Origin: a virus
Taxonomy: Duplodnaviria > Heunggongvirae > Uroviricota > Caudoviricetes > Demerecviridae
Direction: 5' to 3' (one strand)
Length of the DNA stretch: 47,325 nucleotides
IMG/VR virus record: IMGVR_UViG_2706796127_000001
Span: 64,001 to 111,325 of that record
In this document: piece after piece, positions 1-9,580 of the stretch
Position numbering within the stretch: position 1 is the stretch's first letter
How the letters are laid out: the number at the start of each line of letters is the position of its first letter
The notes under the pieces: model-generated
Seen by the model: the letters and a program-made list of their open reading frames with translations, nothing else
Told to the model about the DNA's origin: nothing
Databases searched by the model: none
Made by a program: the position numbers and the translations under genes

Positions 1-1810
1 TCTGAGCAACGTTCTGTATATCATTAGCTAAGTCACTAGCAGTTTTCTTAGTCTGATTGTATGCTTTCTGTTGCTCAGTTAGACCTTTTAATACAGTAGA
101 GTTAAAATCGTATACAGCACCAGGATCAGTAGTATCTCTCTGTAGATTAATTTGCTTCTGAAACTCTGGGCTAGCCTTTGCAGCAGCAGCCCCAGCAGCT
201 TGATACGCTGATTTCCAAGCATTGAGATTCTCTGTAGAATCCTCTACTTCCTTACCAAGTCTAGCTACTTGTAGACCCATAGCTGCAGTTTCTGCTACAA
301 ATTGTTTATTAGCTTCCGAAGCACCTGCTGCTGCAAGACCAACAGGAATACCTTCACCAACTTGACGTATAGCTAGTTTTGTATAGAAATCTGCTTGTTC
401 CATTCGTTTATCGAACTCAGATTTTAGCTTATTACGCTTATCAAGAGATTCCTTATACATATCTAGAGCTTTATTATAGCCTTCTTCAGAAGCAGCTAAA
501 CTTAAAGCAACAGCACCAACGTTGGTAGGGTCTATCTGTCTATTAGTTTTTTCTTGAGCTCTAGCTGCTTCAGCAGATATAGAAGCCTGAGATGTATAAA
601 ATACTGTGTTGATAGCATCAATTACTGGCCCTAAATACTTAGCAGCAGCTTGTTGTATTTTTCTTAGTGCAGCATCTGCATTAGCAGCAAATTGCTCCCA
701 TGGAGTTGCACGTAGTACTTCATCTAGGTAGCCAAACCGTTTAGTAGATTCAGCAATTACCGCGTTAGCGTACGCTTGTTGTTTCTGGAAGGTAGTAAGA
801 CTATTAACATTATATGTTATACCTGTGTTTGCAGCATTTAACTGTTTAACATAATCAGCGTATGCGTCATTAAGACGGATGGTGACACCAAGTTCATCTA
901 GGAGTTCGATTTCTTGTTTAGATACGCCCTTAATTACACGGTTAAGTGCATCAGTCATATCAACGCCAAGAACAGCAGCCGCACGACGAGCTACTAAACC
1001 AAATTTATTAAGTTGTTCGGCATCAAATCCATAAGCAGATGCTGAAGATGCCTGTCTCATTGCTTCCTCAAAAGAAATAGCATATCCAGCAGCTTCTTGT
1101 AGTGATCTAGCAAGAGACTGAACAGGAGTACCTGTCTGAGTACCTACTATAACACCAAATTTTTCTAGACGATTCAGCTGATCACCTAGTTTAAGTTGTT
1201 CGAATGCAGATTGCAAAACGAAGATGTTGGAAGCAAGAGCTGCATACATAATAGGTAAACTACCACCGATCTTAGCCATTGCCGCAAAATCACGAGTTGC
1301 ACCGCGTGCTGAACCAGAAGTATTACCAATAGCTCTAGAAGCTCTACCAGCGGCACCAGCAGTATCATTAAAACCTCTAGCTGTACCTCCTAAAGCCCTA
1401 TTAGTATCGTACAATCTATCTTGAACTTTTTCTGTTGCAGCTGCAACATCATTACCCATTGCTTTAACGGATCTAGAAACTCCATCGAATCCAATTTCTA
1501 GTTTATCTGTTACTTCAATAAGTTGGATAGCTAGGTAATCTAGTTTATCACCAATACCATCAATGGATTTAGTGATGCCAGCCATACCCCTACTAGCTTG
1601 CATTTTAGTAAGACTTTTCGCTGCTCTATCTGCTGCCCTCTCAATGGAGTAAAGGGTTTTGGGCATTTTGCCTAACTGCTCATTTGTCAGTTCGGAAGCA
1701 GCAGCAGCGTTTTCCAACGCATCAGATACGTTTTCAATAGACTTTGCAGTACGAGTTGCCCCCTTCTGCTTAACGTCTATTAGTAATTCTCGTATTAGCT
1801 TATCAGTCAT
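1..1810 (-). CDS. pb2: Tail tape measure protein, N-terminal part (runs off the window)
   Basis: Missing from the ORF track. Hand translation from ATG at 1810 gives MTDKLIRELLIDVKQKGATRTAKSIENVSDALENAAAASELTNEQLGK..., an Ala-rich helical sequence recognised as the T5 pb2 N-terminus. It sits directly after the tail chaperones. Confidence 0.93.
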   Translation of the reverse strand, partial: MTDKLIRELLIDVKQKGATRTAKSIENVSDALENAAAASELTNEQLGKMPKTLYSIERAADRAAKSLTKMQASRGMAGITKSIDGIGDKLDYLAIQLIEVTDKLEIGFDGVSRSVKAMGNDVAAATEKVQDRLYDTNRALGGTARGFNDTAGAAGRASRAIGNTSGSARGATRDFAAMAKIGGSLPIMYAALASNIFVLQSAFEQLKLGDQLNRLEKFGVIVGTQTGTPVQSLARSLQEAAGYAISFEEAMRQASSASAYGFDAEQLNKFGLVARRAAAVLGVDMTDALNRVIKGVSKQEIELLDELGVTIRLNDAYADYVKQLNAANTGITYNVNSLTTFQKQQAYANAVIAESTKRFGYLDEVLRATPWEQFAANADAALRKIQQAAAKYLGPVIDAINTVFYTSQASISAEAARAQEKTNRQIDPTNVGAVALSLAASEEGYNKALDMYKESLDKRNKLKSEFDKRMEQADFYTKLAIRQVGEGIPVGLAAAGASEANKQFVAETAAMGLQVARLGKEVEDSTENLNAWKSAYQAAGAAAAKASPEFQKQINLQRDTTDPGAVYDFNSTVLKGLTEQQKAYNQTKKTASDLANDIQNVAQ

Positions 1811-1827
1811 GTTTTATTTTTCCCAAT

Positions 1828-1858
1828 AAAAAAGGCTCTGGGCAAATCACCCAGAGCC
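1828..1858 (-). terminator. Intrinsic terminator-like hairpin between tail chaperones and tape measure gene
   Basis: GGCTCTGGG/CCCAGAGCC stem (1834-1858) followed on the minus strand by TTTTTT. Confidence 0.7.
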
Positions 1859-1893
1859 AAGCCTCATCGTGGAACGCCCATTGGAGGAAACTT

Positions 1894-2262
1894 TTACCGT
1901 GCTCGAGATCTAGCATGTGGCTTAACGTTAGGAATCCTTCCGTTTTGCGGTTTATGCTTCTCAGCACGTTTACGTGCAGCATCTACAGCTTTAGCATCAA
2001 ATATATTGATAATGTGTAGAACAAATTCTTTTTCTATAGGATCAGTAATCCCATAAATATCAAATAAAACACCTAATGCAGCCTTATCCTTACCTATAAA
2101 AATAGGAAAGTCACCCGGTATGAAACAGTCAATTAGACTGTTATAAATATTCATACTAATAGCTACAATAGGTGGAAAATCCTCAAGTTCAACGGGCATA
2201 GCCTTAGGATCAGGCTCTATACCCATTGACTCACAAAGTATTAAATATTGTTGTTTGGTCAT
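1894..2262 (-). CDS. Tail assembly chaperone, second ORF (lambda T-like; possibly a frameshift fusion partner)
   Basis: 122 aa between the first chaperone and the tape measure gene; its frame stays open 29 codons upstream of the ATG. Confidence 0.75.
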   Translation of the reverse strand: MTKQQYLILCESMGIEPDPKAMPVELEDFPPIVAISMNIYNSLIDCFIPGDFPIFIGKDKAALGVLFDIYGITDPIEKEFVLHIINIFDAKAVDAARKRAEKHKPQNGRIPNVKPHARSRAR

Positions 2263-2323
2263 TTTAGATGCTGAGCTTTTAATACATTTATCTGCAAAAT
2301 CAGCAACAGCATCTAGAAGTTCT

Positions 2324-2728
2324 TTACGCTTTTGGGCTACGAAAAGTGTCTAAGTGGAACACTGTCTGGTTGATCCAAGAATCAAACGCAGCAGAGTTCT
2401 GCATAAGCATTACAGCATTATCACGACTAAATGGAACCTCAGTAGCAGGATCAGCGTCTGTTTCAATCAGCATCAGTTTTTCAACGTCACCTACAGTCAA
2501 ACCAGTCCAACCTTTAATAGCTGCGTCAACGAAGGCTTCAATGAACTTATCATCATCCTGTACCTGAACCAAAGTACCGTTAACCCATTCATCGCGTTTA
2601 GCAGAAGAAATAACACGTTTAGAGGTAGCACGAGACATATAGTTAAGTTCTAGTTTAAAGTTCGGCATACCTGGGTAGGAAAGAGTAATAGTACGAGTAT
2701 CAAGAGTAATATCTTTTAAATTAATCAT
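2324..2728 (-). CDS. Tail assembly chaperone (lambda G-like)
   Basis: 134 aa, canonical position upstream of the tape measure gene in T5 gene order. Confidence 0.8.
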   Translation of the reverse strand: MINLKDITLDTRTITLSYPGMPNFKLELNYMSRATSKRVISSAKRDEWVNGTLVQVQDDDKFIEAFVDAAIKGWTGLTVGDVEKLMLIETDADPATEVPFSRDNAVMLMQNSAAFDSWINQTVFHLDTFRSPKA

Positions 2729-3624
2729 TTTTTAATTTCTCCAAAGAAATCTATTCTCACGGGGTCTGAAGAAGCAGTAGGTATAATATCCCACTCAACT
2801 CTATACACATCTGAGAAGTCTAGGCGTTTTGTAATACGTGCTGAAGGAAAATCTATAGAAATATTATTATTTCTTATATTTAAAGGTACATCTACCTCTG
2901 GTTCGATATTGTAAACCATATCTCCTGCAAAACGTTTTAAGTAATATAGAGAAATGGTTGCCGAAGCATTCATTTCATTTACATAAGCTCTTTTATTATT
3001 ATAGATTTTATTTATATCAAAAACACTCTTATCCTCTCTCCAGGAGCACTGCTGTTGGAAAGATAAAGAGGCTGAAATAAGGCCGGGTAAGGTGCTGCCA
3101 TTAGTAGAAGCTATTACTGGGCTGTAAGACATTACTTCACCCTGTATAATAGAAGCTGCTTCTCTATAGGTAGATACTTCTGAGAATTTCCCAGACTCAA
3201 TACCAACATTAAGAATTGGTATGTTCTTATCTAAAGAAAAATCTACTGTAGATACATAACAGTTTTCAAAGTATACACAGTTATTATCTTTGTTTACTAT
3301 ATAGATATTAAACATAATAGGTTCAATGTTATTACTATATAGTGGGAGTAAGAAAGTATTGCCTTTTCTATCAAAACCTAACCATTCAAAGAAGTTAGCC
3401 TCCGTAAGAGTATTACTAAAATTTACTGCTAGAGAGATAGAAGAGGGGGTTTGAGCATTTATAATAGAGTCTGCATAGTTAGTTCTACGATGAACAGTCC
3501 TACGAAGAGTCTTGAATTCCTCGTAGGAAGTCTGTATATCATAGTTTGATAGGGCATCAAAATGAAATGCCCTACCATCATACTCAACTATAACTTTTGA
3601 CTCTCTCATTAGAGAGTAATACAT
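2725..3624 (-). CDS. Minor tail / baseplate tube protein (T5 p140-like)
   Basis: 299 aa beta-rich protein directly downstream of the major tail gene, as in T5. Confidence 0.8.
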   Translation of the reverse strand: MYYSLMRESKVIVEYDGRAFHFDALSNYDIQTSYEEFKTLRRTVHRRTNYADSIINAQTPSSISLAVNFSNTLTEANFFEWLGFDRKGNTFLLPLYSNNIEPIMFNIYIVNKDNNCVYFENCYVSTVDFSLDKNIPILNVGIESGKFSEVSTYREAASIIQGEVMSYSPVIASTNGSTLPGLISASLSFQQQCSWREDKSVFDINKIYNNKRAYVNEMNASATISLYYLKRFAGDMVYNIEPEVDVPLNIRNNNISIDFPSARITKRLDFSDVYRVEWDIIPTASSDPVRIDFFGEIKK

Positions 3625-3628
3625 TTAA

Positions 3629-5038
3629 TTAGCCACCAGAACCAGTAACTGTAATGCTCTTAGTACCTTCTACACCAGAACCGTCTTTAGCTACAGCTTT
3701 CACAGTAACTTCCCCAGTCTTAGTAGTGTCCGCAGTTAATAGACCAGATTCTGGATCAATTGTAGCTGCATCACCACTAGAAATAGACCAAGTTACAGCA
3801 CTATTAGTAGCATCTGGCGGAGTTACCTCAACAGACATCTGTAGAGTATTGCTATTCTCCACTGAAGTGACATCACCAGCAGATTTAACTGTGATTGATT
3901 CAACTAATTTTGGTGGAGTTTTAGCGCCATCTCCTGTAGCAATCAGATTAGCCACAGTGGTTTTAGTATACTTGTTAGAGAAACCAAGATAACCTTCATC
4001 ACCAGTATCCAGATCTGTAGGAATAGCCTTAAACTCTACTGAAGTACCAAGTACATCATCAGTCTCAATAGTAGGAATGTTAACATGCGCCTGTTTAGCA
4101 ACTAACACAGCTGCCGGACGTTCTTCATCGTATTCACCACCAAGTACTAGAGCAATTTCGAAGCGGTTAACTACCTTCAGGGTTTTGATAAGATCTTTAT
4201 ACAGTTCCATAGAACCAAGAGATTTATCGTTCAGATAGGCAGTTAATGAACCAGTTAATTCAAAAGCACCAGTAAAGGAACCAATTGGAATATTAACACG
4301 AGACATAATATTCGGGGTTAGGTACGTGATGTTGTTATTAATAGTGAAAGTACCACCAGTAATAGGAATATCATATGCTTTACCAGAATCCATATCCTTA
4401 ATTTTCAGGATAGTCAGTTTGTTCTTAATATAAGAACCCTGGATAGTCATATAAGTTTCATCGTCAATACCTACCTCATCTGGGTCAAATGGTTGCTCGT
4501 CCAGAGGAATAAGCTGATTACCATTACCAGACCAAGTTACACGGCCAATATCTTCGATATCAACGTTAACTTCTGCCTGATTAATCTGGCAGGAATCGAT
4601 ATAACTCCATGCTTTGTCAGTCAGGATGTAGATATGCAGCATTGCCAGCTCGTGGTACGCGTTATCTTTAAAGTTAACCATGAAGTTAGCTTCGTTATTG
4701 TGTGCCCCTGTATCACCTTCTAGGTTAAGAGCTTTACCACTAGAAAGTGCATGCCATAACATATAGTCAGGAACAATTTGTTTGCTAGTAGTTTTATCTT
4801 TATACGGCAGGATATAAGTAGAGAAACTCCACTCAGCTGCGTTTAAAGAGTCATTAAAACGTTTAGAACCACGAGTTGGACGCGGACCAGCTTCATTAAC
4901 AGTAATATCTGTTGAGTTACTGTCCTGACCCCAAGAAATATCATCCTGAACTAGAATCTCTTGCGTGTTGGTCTTATTATGACCAGTCTTAACCGTAGAC
5001 ACGAAGATTCGAGTATTACGTAATAGTTGTAAAGACAT
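3629..5038 (-). CDS. pb6: Major tail tube protein with C-terminal Ig-like (Big_2-type) domain
   Basis: N-terminus MSLQLLRNTRIFVSTVKTG recognised as T5 pb6; C-terminal VSVEVTPPDATNSAVTWS...GEVTVKAVAKDGSGV is Ig-like. Confidence 0.92.
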   Translation of the reverse strand: MSLQLLRNTRIFVSTVKTGHNKTNTQEILVQDDISWGQDSNSTDITVNEAGPRPTRGSKRFNDSLNAAEWSFSTYILPYKDKTTSKQIVPDYMLWHALSSGKALNLEGDTGAHNNEANFMVNFKDNAYHELAMLHIYILTDKAWSYIDSCQINQAEVNVDIEDIGRVTWSGNGNQLIPLDEQPFDPDEVGIDDETYMTIQGSYIKNKLTILKIKDMDSGKAYDIPITGGTFTINNNITYLTPNIMSRVNIPIGSFTGAFELTGSLTAYLNDKSLGSMELYKDLIKTLKVVNRFEIALVLGGEYDEERPAAVLVAKQAHVNIPTIETDDVLGTSVEFKAIPTDLDTGDEGYLGFSNKYTKTTVANLIATGDGAKTPPKLVESITVKSAGDVTSVENSNTLQMSVEVTPPDATNSAVTWSISSGDAATIDPESGLLTADTTKTGEVTVKAVAKDGSGVEGTKSITVTGSGG

Positions 5039-5064
5039 TTAATTATTTTCTCCTAATCTGTAAC

Positions 5065-5553
5065 TTATCTGCGAAGTGACCTACGTGGAGGCTGATACCT
5101 CACTGTTACATTTATTTCTGCTAAACCATATGGGGCCAGTAGACCCTCATCTGTACTAACTGATGTAATGATCATATCGGTTGCCTCACAGGGGAAGGTC
5201 GATCCATTAGGTTTACTAACAGTATATTCTAAATTTCCGCCTGTGTCAATAACGGTTTTTATGTCCGCTACGAGTTTTTCTAGGGAAGATTGAATATCTC
5301 CATCAGTATCTTTATCATACACCAGGATTGGAAGTTCTAAAAACATCCACTGTTGGCCTGAAGGAAGGTACTGCCCAGTTTCAGTTCCGATGTGAACTGC
5401 CACATAAGGAAACTCGCGTATTTCCTCAAATTTATAAGTTTGACGAGAAACGTTTCCATATAGATTATTAAAATATTCGTCAGGTTGAGAACCATCCATT
5501 TGTGTGGAGATTCGATCAACCAAGGCTTGTGCAATACTTGTTCTATGATCCAT
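5065..5553 (-). CDS. Tail terminator protein (T5 p142-like)
   Basis: 162 aa immediately upstream of the major tail gene; T5 synteny. Confidence 0.8.
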   Translation of the reverse strand: MDHRTSIAQALVDRISTQMDGSQPDEYFNNLYGNVSRQTYKFEEIREFPYVAVHIGTETGQYLPSGQQWMFLELPILVYDKDTDGDIQSSLEKLVADIKTVIDTGGNLEYTVSKPNGSTFPCEATDMIITSVSTDEGLLAPYGLAEINVTVRYQPPRRSLRR

Positions 5554-5556
5554 TTA

Positions 5557-6324
5557 TTAGGTTCCTTGATTAACCTTGATTTTATATCTAGAGTGAATCA
5601 GGTCTCTTGCAGCTTTTGCTATAGCCTCACCAATAAGTTTTTGGGGGTTTCTAGCACCAGGATAAGGTCGTAGAGATAGTCTCCTGTAGGTAGATACTGC
5701 CGGATTGAACACAGAATATGGACGAGTCATATAATTGTATGTTACGTTTAATTCAGGAGAGCCTTTACTAGTTTCAGCATCTCTTAGCATTACATCCTTA
5801 ACTTTAAGAGAGTTAGCAAAGCGTCCTGTTCTAAATTTCAAAGGAGCCCCTGCTTTCTTCATATCTTTAATTAAGTATTCTTTAGCAACTATCTCTAATA
5901 TAACCTTCATATTGCTATTAGACACGAAACGTCCGGAAGCACCTATTATTGCACCTGAGTATCCATCCTCTACGTCTCTAGGATCCCCAAAGTTTACCTG
6001 TACTCTGCCTGTAGAACGTTTTTTACCTACTGAGGATTTTTTACCAGCAGTTGCTTGTATTAGGTTTTCTAGGGCACCTAAATCTCCCGAAAGATCTAAA
6101 CTAGAGGATATAGCTTTTAGTATAGAGGCTGCTCTAACATCAAGAAGATCTTGTGATACGGGTTTTGAAAACTTAAAGGATACTTGAGCAACAGTACCAT
6201 CTCTGGTAGGATCTTTTAACCCTGTTTCAACAGAGTATACAACAGTATTCTTATTATTTTCAGATCGTCCTGCAGTATCTAGCTGCTCTTTAATAATTTG
6301 TTTAGCTAGATCGGAAAGAGACAT
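5557..6324 (-). CDS. Tail completion/neck protein (T5 p143-like)
   Basis: 255 aa; T5 synteny. Confidence 0.75.
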   Translation of the reverse strand: MSLSDLAKQIIKEQLDTAGRSENNKNTVVYSVETGLKDPTRDGTVAQVSFKFSKPVSQDLLDVRAASILKAISSSLDLSGDLGALENLIQATAGKKSSVGKKRSTGRVQVNFGDPRDVEDGYSGAIIGASGRFVSNSNMKVILEIVAKEYLIKDMKKAGAPLKFRTGRFANSLKVKDVMLRDAETSKGSPELNVTYNYMTRPYSVFNPAVSTYRRLSLRPYPGARNPQKLIGEAIAKAARDLIHSRYKIKVNQGT

Positions 6325-6836
6325 TATACTCTCCTATATACTTCAATAATAGTACGAATATGCTCTGGAATACCAGATTTAGTATTATTGAAGGTTACTG
6401 TTTCACCACCAATTGTTTTAGCTTGGCGGTAATCTTGTTTATGCCAATGATCTACTAGCATACATGCTGCTAGCTTAAGATCTTCGGGCATCGGATTGAA
6501 TCCACCTTGTGTATATGTTACATCCATATAACCTTCTGGAGGATTAAATTTGAGAAGGATAATACCGTCAGAGTATAGCTTATACTGCTCTGGGTCAATC
6601 TCATTATCGTTAATCGTCACTTTAGTTACGGAGGTAGCAGATGGTGAGCTCAGAAAATATTTCCTACGTGTAGGTTTTGTATTGATTAGCTGGTCTACCG
6701 CATCAGCATCATCCATGCCTAGAAGGCTTGTAATCAGTGCATTGGCAGCAGTAATCATCATTTCTACACCAGATTCTAATTCAGGTCGTTTTAAACCACC
6801 ATATAATCTATAATCTTCAGCTGTGATGATTTGCAT
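6324..6836 (-). CDS. Head completion / head-tail adaptor (T5 p144-like)
   Basis: 170 aa; ...YTQGGFNPMPEDLKLAACMLVDHW resembles head-tail connector families; TAATG coupling to the next gene. Confidence 0.8.
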   Translation of the reverse strand: MQIITAEDYRLYGGLKRPELESGVEMMITAANALITSLLGMDDADAVDQLINTKPTRRKYFLSSPSATSVTKVTINDNEIDPEQYKLYSDGIILLKFNPPEGYMDVTYTQGGFNPMPEDLKLAACMLVDHWHKQDYRQAKTIGGETVTFNNTKSGIPEHIRTIIEVYRRV

Positions 6837-6849
6837 TTATTTTTCCAAT

Positions 6850-6874
6850 AAAAAAGAGAGCCGAAGCTCTCTTT
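6850..6874 (-). terminator. Intrinsic terminator with UUCG tetraloop
   Basis: Minus strand reads GAGAGC-TTCG-GCTCTC-TTTTTT. Confidence 0.85.
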
Positions 6875-6888
6875 CGGCTAAAGAGCCG

Positions 6889-7461
6889 TTAACAAGAAAA
6901 CATATAGTCATAAACTATTTGTTTTATTTCTGGTAGGTATTTCTCCAGACATGTTTCTGTATACCCATCGGGGAGTAAGGCGGGGGTAAGAAATCCTGAA
7001 GGGATGGCCTTTTTCACTAAACTTTCTAATATAAATGCCTCTTTCCTGGAGTATAGTTGCACAGATAAGATTAGTTCATGGGAATAGAGGGAATGTCGGG
7101 ATTGTTCTTTAATTCTAGTGTCAACAGTCCGAGAGGTAATCCCATACTTTAGAACTGAATAATAGTTATTAGACAACTTTTGAACGTAGAAAATAGTGGG
7201 GTTATCCTCTTCGAGTGCTACTTTATCGTCCCTCATATGTAAAAACCGCGTTTGACAACACTTAGGACATCTAGACCCAGTATTCACAAAATTACGTATA
7301 CTAGGTGTCCAACGATTACCATCTTTGGTACACTCTAGTAATACTTTAGACTCCGAGTTTTTAAACTCACCAACTACCCCCCTGTACACATACCCCTCTT
7401 TTTTGCAAATATCTAGAATTTGTTTTTCTCTTATTTCATAGGGTATTGCTTTTCCAGCCAT
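6889..7461 (-). CDS. Putative homing endonuclease: Zn-ribbon N-terminus plus GIY-YIG-like (T5orf172-type) domain
   Basis: C-x-W...GSRCPKC zinc module, then FYVQKL...KYGITSRTVDTRIKEQ; free-standing between the capsid and head-completion genes. Confidence 0.7.
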   Translation of the reverse strand: MAGKAIPYEIREKQILDICKKEGYVYRGVVGEFKNSESKVLLECTKDGNRWTPSIRNFVNTGSRCPKCCQTRFLHMRDDKVALEEDNPTIFYVQKLSNNYYSVLKYGITSRTVDTRIKEQSRHSLYSHELILSVQLYSRKEAFILESLVKKAIPSGFLTPALLPDGYTETCLEKYLPEIKQIVYDYMFSC

Positions 7462-7480
7462 TCGGTAATCTCCATATAAG

Positions 7481-7518
7481 TATATAGTACAGATATAGTA
7501 CTATATCTGTACTATATA
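7481..7518. repeat. Perfect 38-bp palindrome
   Basis: TATATAGTACAGATATAGT|ACTATATCTGTACTATATA; an adjacent 10-bp hairpin at 7516-7539. Confidence 0.95.
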
Positions 7519-7550
7519 TCCCCTCATTAGAGGGGATATGGGAACTACTA

Positions 7551-8927
7551 TTAAGATGCAGCGTAAGCACCGGATACAACGCCATTTGCAAAGTAACGTT
7601 GCAGGTTAACACGCTGAGTAACGTAGTACGCATCACGCTGTTTACCAGCTTGGCGCTCACGTTCAACAGTAACAGCACGCTGACGCGGCATTACGAAGTT
7701 ATCTTTATAAACAATAACTGCGAACTCTTTATCTGCTGCTTTAGCTGGGAAGTACTCAGAAACTACAACCGGCAGACCATAAATACGACCAACCTGACCC
7801 TGCAGTTTAACAGCATCGTTACCAACCTGTGCAACATCCTGCCATTCTTCATCTTCCAGCAGATCGTAATAAGCATCCATAGATACGATCAGTACCAGTT
7901 TGCTCAGCTTCAGACCATGACGGCCCAGTTTACGACGCAGTTTAGAAATAGTTTTAGCAGTTACCAGAACAGTACCATCAGCTTTAGCTTCGGTGGTAAC
8001 TTTGGCACTATCTTCACTAGCCAGAGTCAACAGACCTTTTGGCTTACCAGAACCATCACCAGTCATAAAGGCTTCTTCAATAGAAACAGCGTGTGCTTCA
8101 ATCAGACGCTTACGAAGCAGTGGCAGCAAGGAGAAGATTGCATCTTCTTCAGTTTCATCAGTAATGAAGGATTTAGCCGCCAGTTTATAGGTCTTGAACT
8201 GAATTTCAGTCAGAGCACCTTTAACTTCGTTACCAGTAGTAGTGTCAGTACCATATGCACTAGCATCTACCCAAGTAGCTTTACCAGCTTCTGGTTCAAC
8301 TAGCATAGTAAGAATCTTACTAGACATCGGCAATTCTTCGAACAGTGCACCAACTACCAGCTCTTTCTGCAGATCACGAATGATACGCTGGGAGAAAATA
8401 GTTTCATAGTTTTCACTGGAAACCTGAACTGAAGAAGAGGTGTTTACAGCTTTAAGGTGATTCTGACCATGTTCAGTTTCGAATACGCCTTTTTCCATTA
8501 CATAGGATAGCAGAACCAGTTTTTCAACTTCATCTTCAAAAGCTTCCTGAGTACCATATAGTGCTTTAGCTACGCTATCACCAACGAAGGAACGACCTTC
8601 ACGAGCTGCTAGCAGAGATTTAATTTCATCCTGAAGACCAACAATAGTTTCCTGCTGTTTTTCTACAGTCTGTGCAAACAGTTCTGCGCTCTTTTTAGCT
8701 TTTTCATCCAGGGACTTAACCAGTTCCAGAGCTTGTTCCAGTTTCTGACGATCTTCGCCAATTGCTTTAGAAACCAGGTCATTCATACGAGCCAGTTCTT
8801 TTTCTTCCTGCTCTTTACGCATACGTTCAGCTTCAGCAGCTTTCTGAGCAGCGGTCAGACCTTCCAGAGATTTAGCCAGATCACCCAGACCAAGTTCTTC
8901 TTTCAGCTTATTAATATCAATAGTCAT
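7551..8927 (-). CDS. pb8: Major capsid protein precursor (HK97 fold) with N-terminal coiled-coil scaffold domain
   Basis: 458 aa; MTIDINKLKEELGLGDLAKSLEG heptad-rich N-terminus; HK97-like body (FMTGDGSGKPKGLL). Confidence 0.95.
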   Translation of the reverse strand: MTIDINKLKEELGLGDLAKSLEGLTAAQKAAEAERMRKEQEEKELARMNDLVSKAIGEDRQKLEQALELVKSLDEKAKKSAELFAQTVEKQQETIVGLQDEIKSLLAAREGRSFVGDSVAKALYGTQEAFEDEVEKLVLLSYVMEKGVFETEHGQNHLKAVNTSSSVQVSSENYETIFSQRIIRDLQKELVVGALFEELPMSSKILTMLVEPEAGKATWVDASAYGTDTTTGNEVKGALTEIQFKTYKLAAKSFITDETEEDAIFSLLPLLRKRLIEAHAVSIEEAFMTGDGSGKPKGLLTLASEDSAKVTTEAKADGTVLVTAKTISKLRRKLGRHGLKLSKLVLIVSMDAYYDLLEDEEWQDVAQVGNDAVKLQGQVGRIYGLPVVVSEYFPAKAADKEFAVIVYKDNFVMPRQRAVTVERERQAGKQRDAYYVTQRVNLQRYFANGVVSGAYAAS

Positions 8928-8944
8928 TTTTAAATAATTCTCCG

Positions 8945-9577
8945 TTATTCTTTAACGTAGCCTAAAGCTATCGCAAGTTTTTCTATTTCAGAAAGATTAC
9001 GTTCTTGAGCTGGGACAGCTTTAGAACTTATTGCAGTAAAAGATTTACGCCATTCAGTATAATCATGACCATTCATGCTCTTAGCGAGATTGAATGTCGA
9101 GTCCTGATTACAAGGTACAGAAACTACCGAAACTTCGTATAGTTCTAAATCTTTAATAATAAATATATCAGTAGCTTCATCCCATTCTGCGTCTAGGCAG
9201 CGGAATCCGATACTAAAAGTTTTCAGTACACCGTTTTTAATTAGTGAAAAGATAGCCGGATCAGAACTTTCATAGATCTCGCATTCGATTTCGAGACCCA
9301 TTTCAGTAGGGTTAAGATCAATACACTTGCCGATTGGACGACGATGATCGTGTCCGAAAAGAATAATCGGGTTTTTCATATAGTTAGTAAGTGCATTAGA
9401 TGTTTTCCACGCAGAAGCAGGAATTACATCACCAGCGCGATCTTTACTAATTGTATTAGCGAATCCACGGATTTTTACAACGCCCTCTTTGGATTCGCTA
9501 TCAATAGATTTAATATAAGCATCTAAATGAACGGGTGCTGATTTTAACTTGTTATAGTCAATAGCAGCTTGTGTCAT
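8945..9577 (-). CDS. pb11: Prohead maturation protease
   Basis: 210 aa; HK97-type protease motifs ILFGHDH..PIG, FSIGF, LYEVSVVSVPCN. Confidence 0.93.
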   Translation of the reverse strand: MTQAAIDYNKLKSAPVHLDAYIKSIDSESKEGVVKIRGFANTISKDRAGDVIPASAWKTSNALTNYMKNPIILFGHDHRRPIGKCIDLNPTEMGLEIECEIYESSDPAIFSLIKNGVLKTFSIGFRCLDAEWDEATDIFIIKDLELYEVSVVSVPCNQDSTFNLAKSMNGHDYTEWRKSFTAISSKAVPAQERNLSEIEKLAIALGYVKE

Positions 9578-9580
9578 TTA

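Noticed and set aside
2327-2340. -1 slippery heptamer C-CCA-AAA at the end of the tail chaperone
   Set aside because: The -1 frame hits TAG after about 6 codons and does not reach the second chaperone ORF
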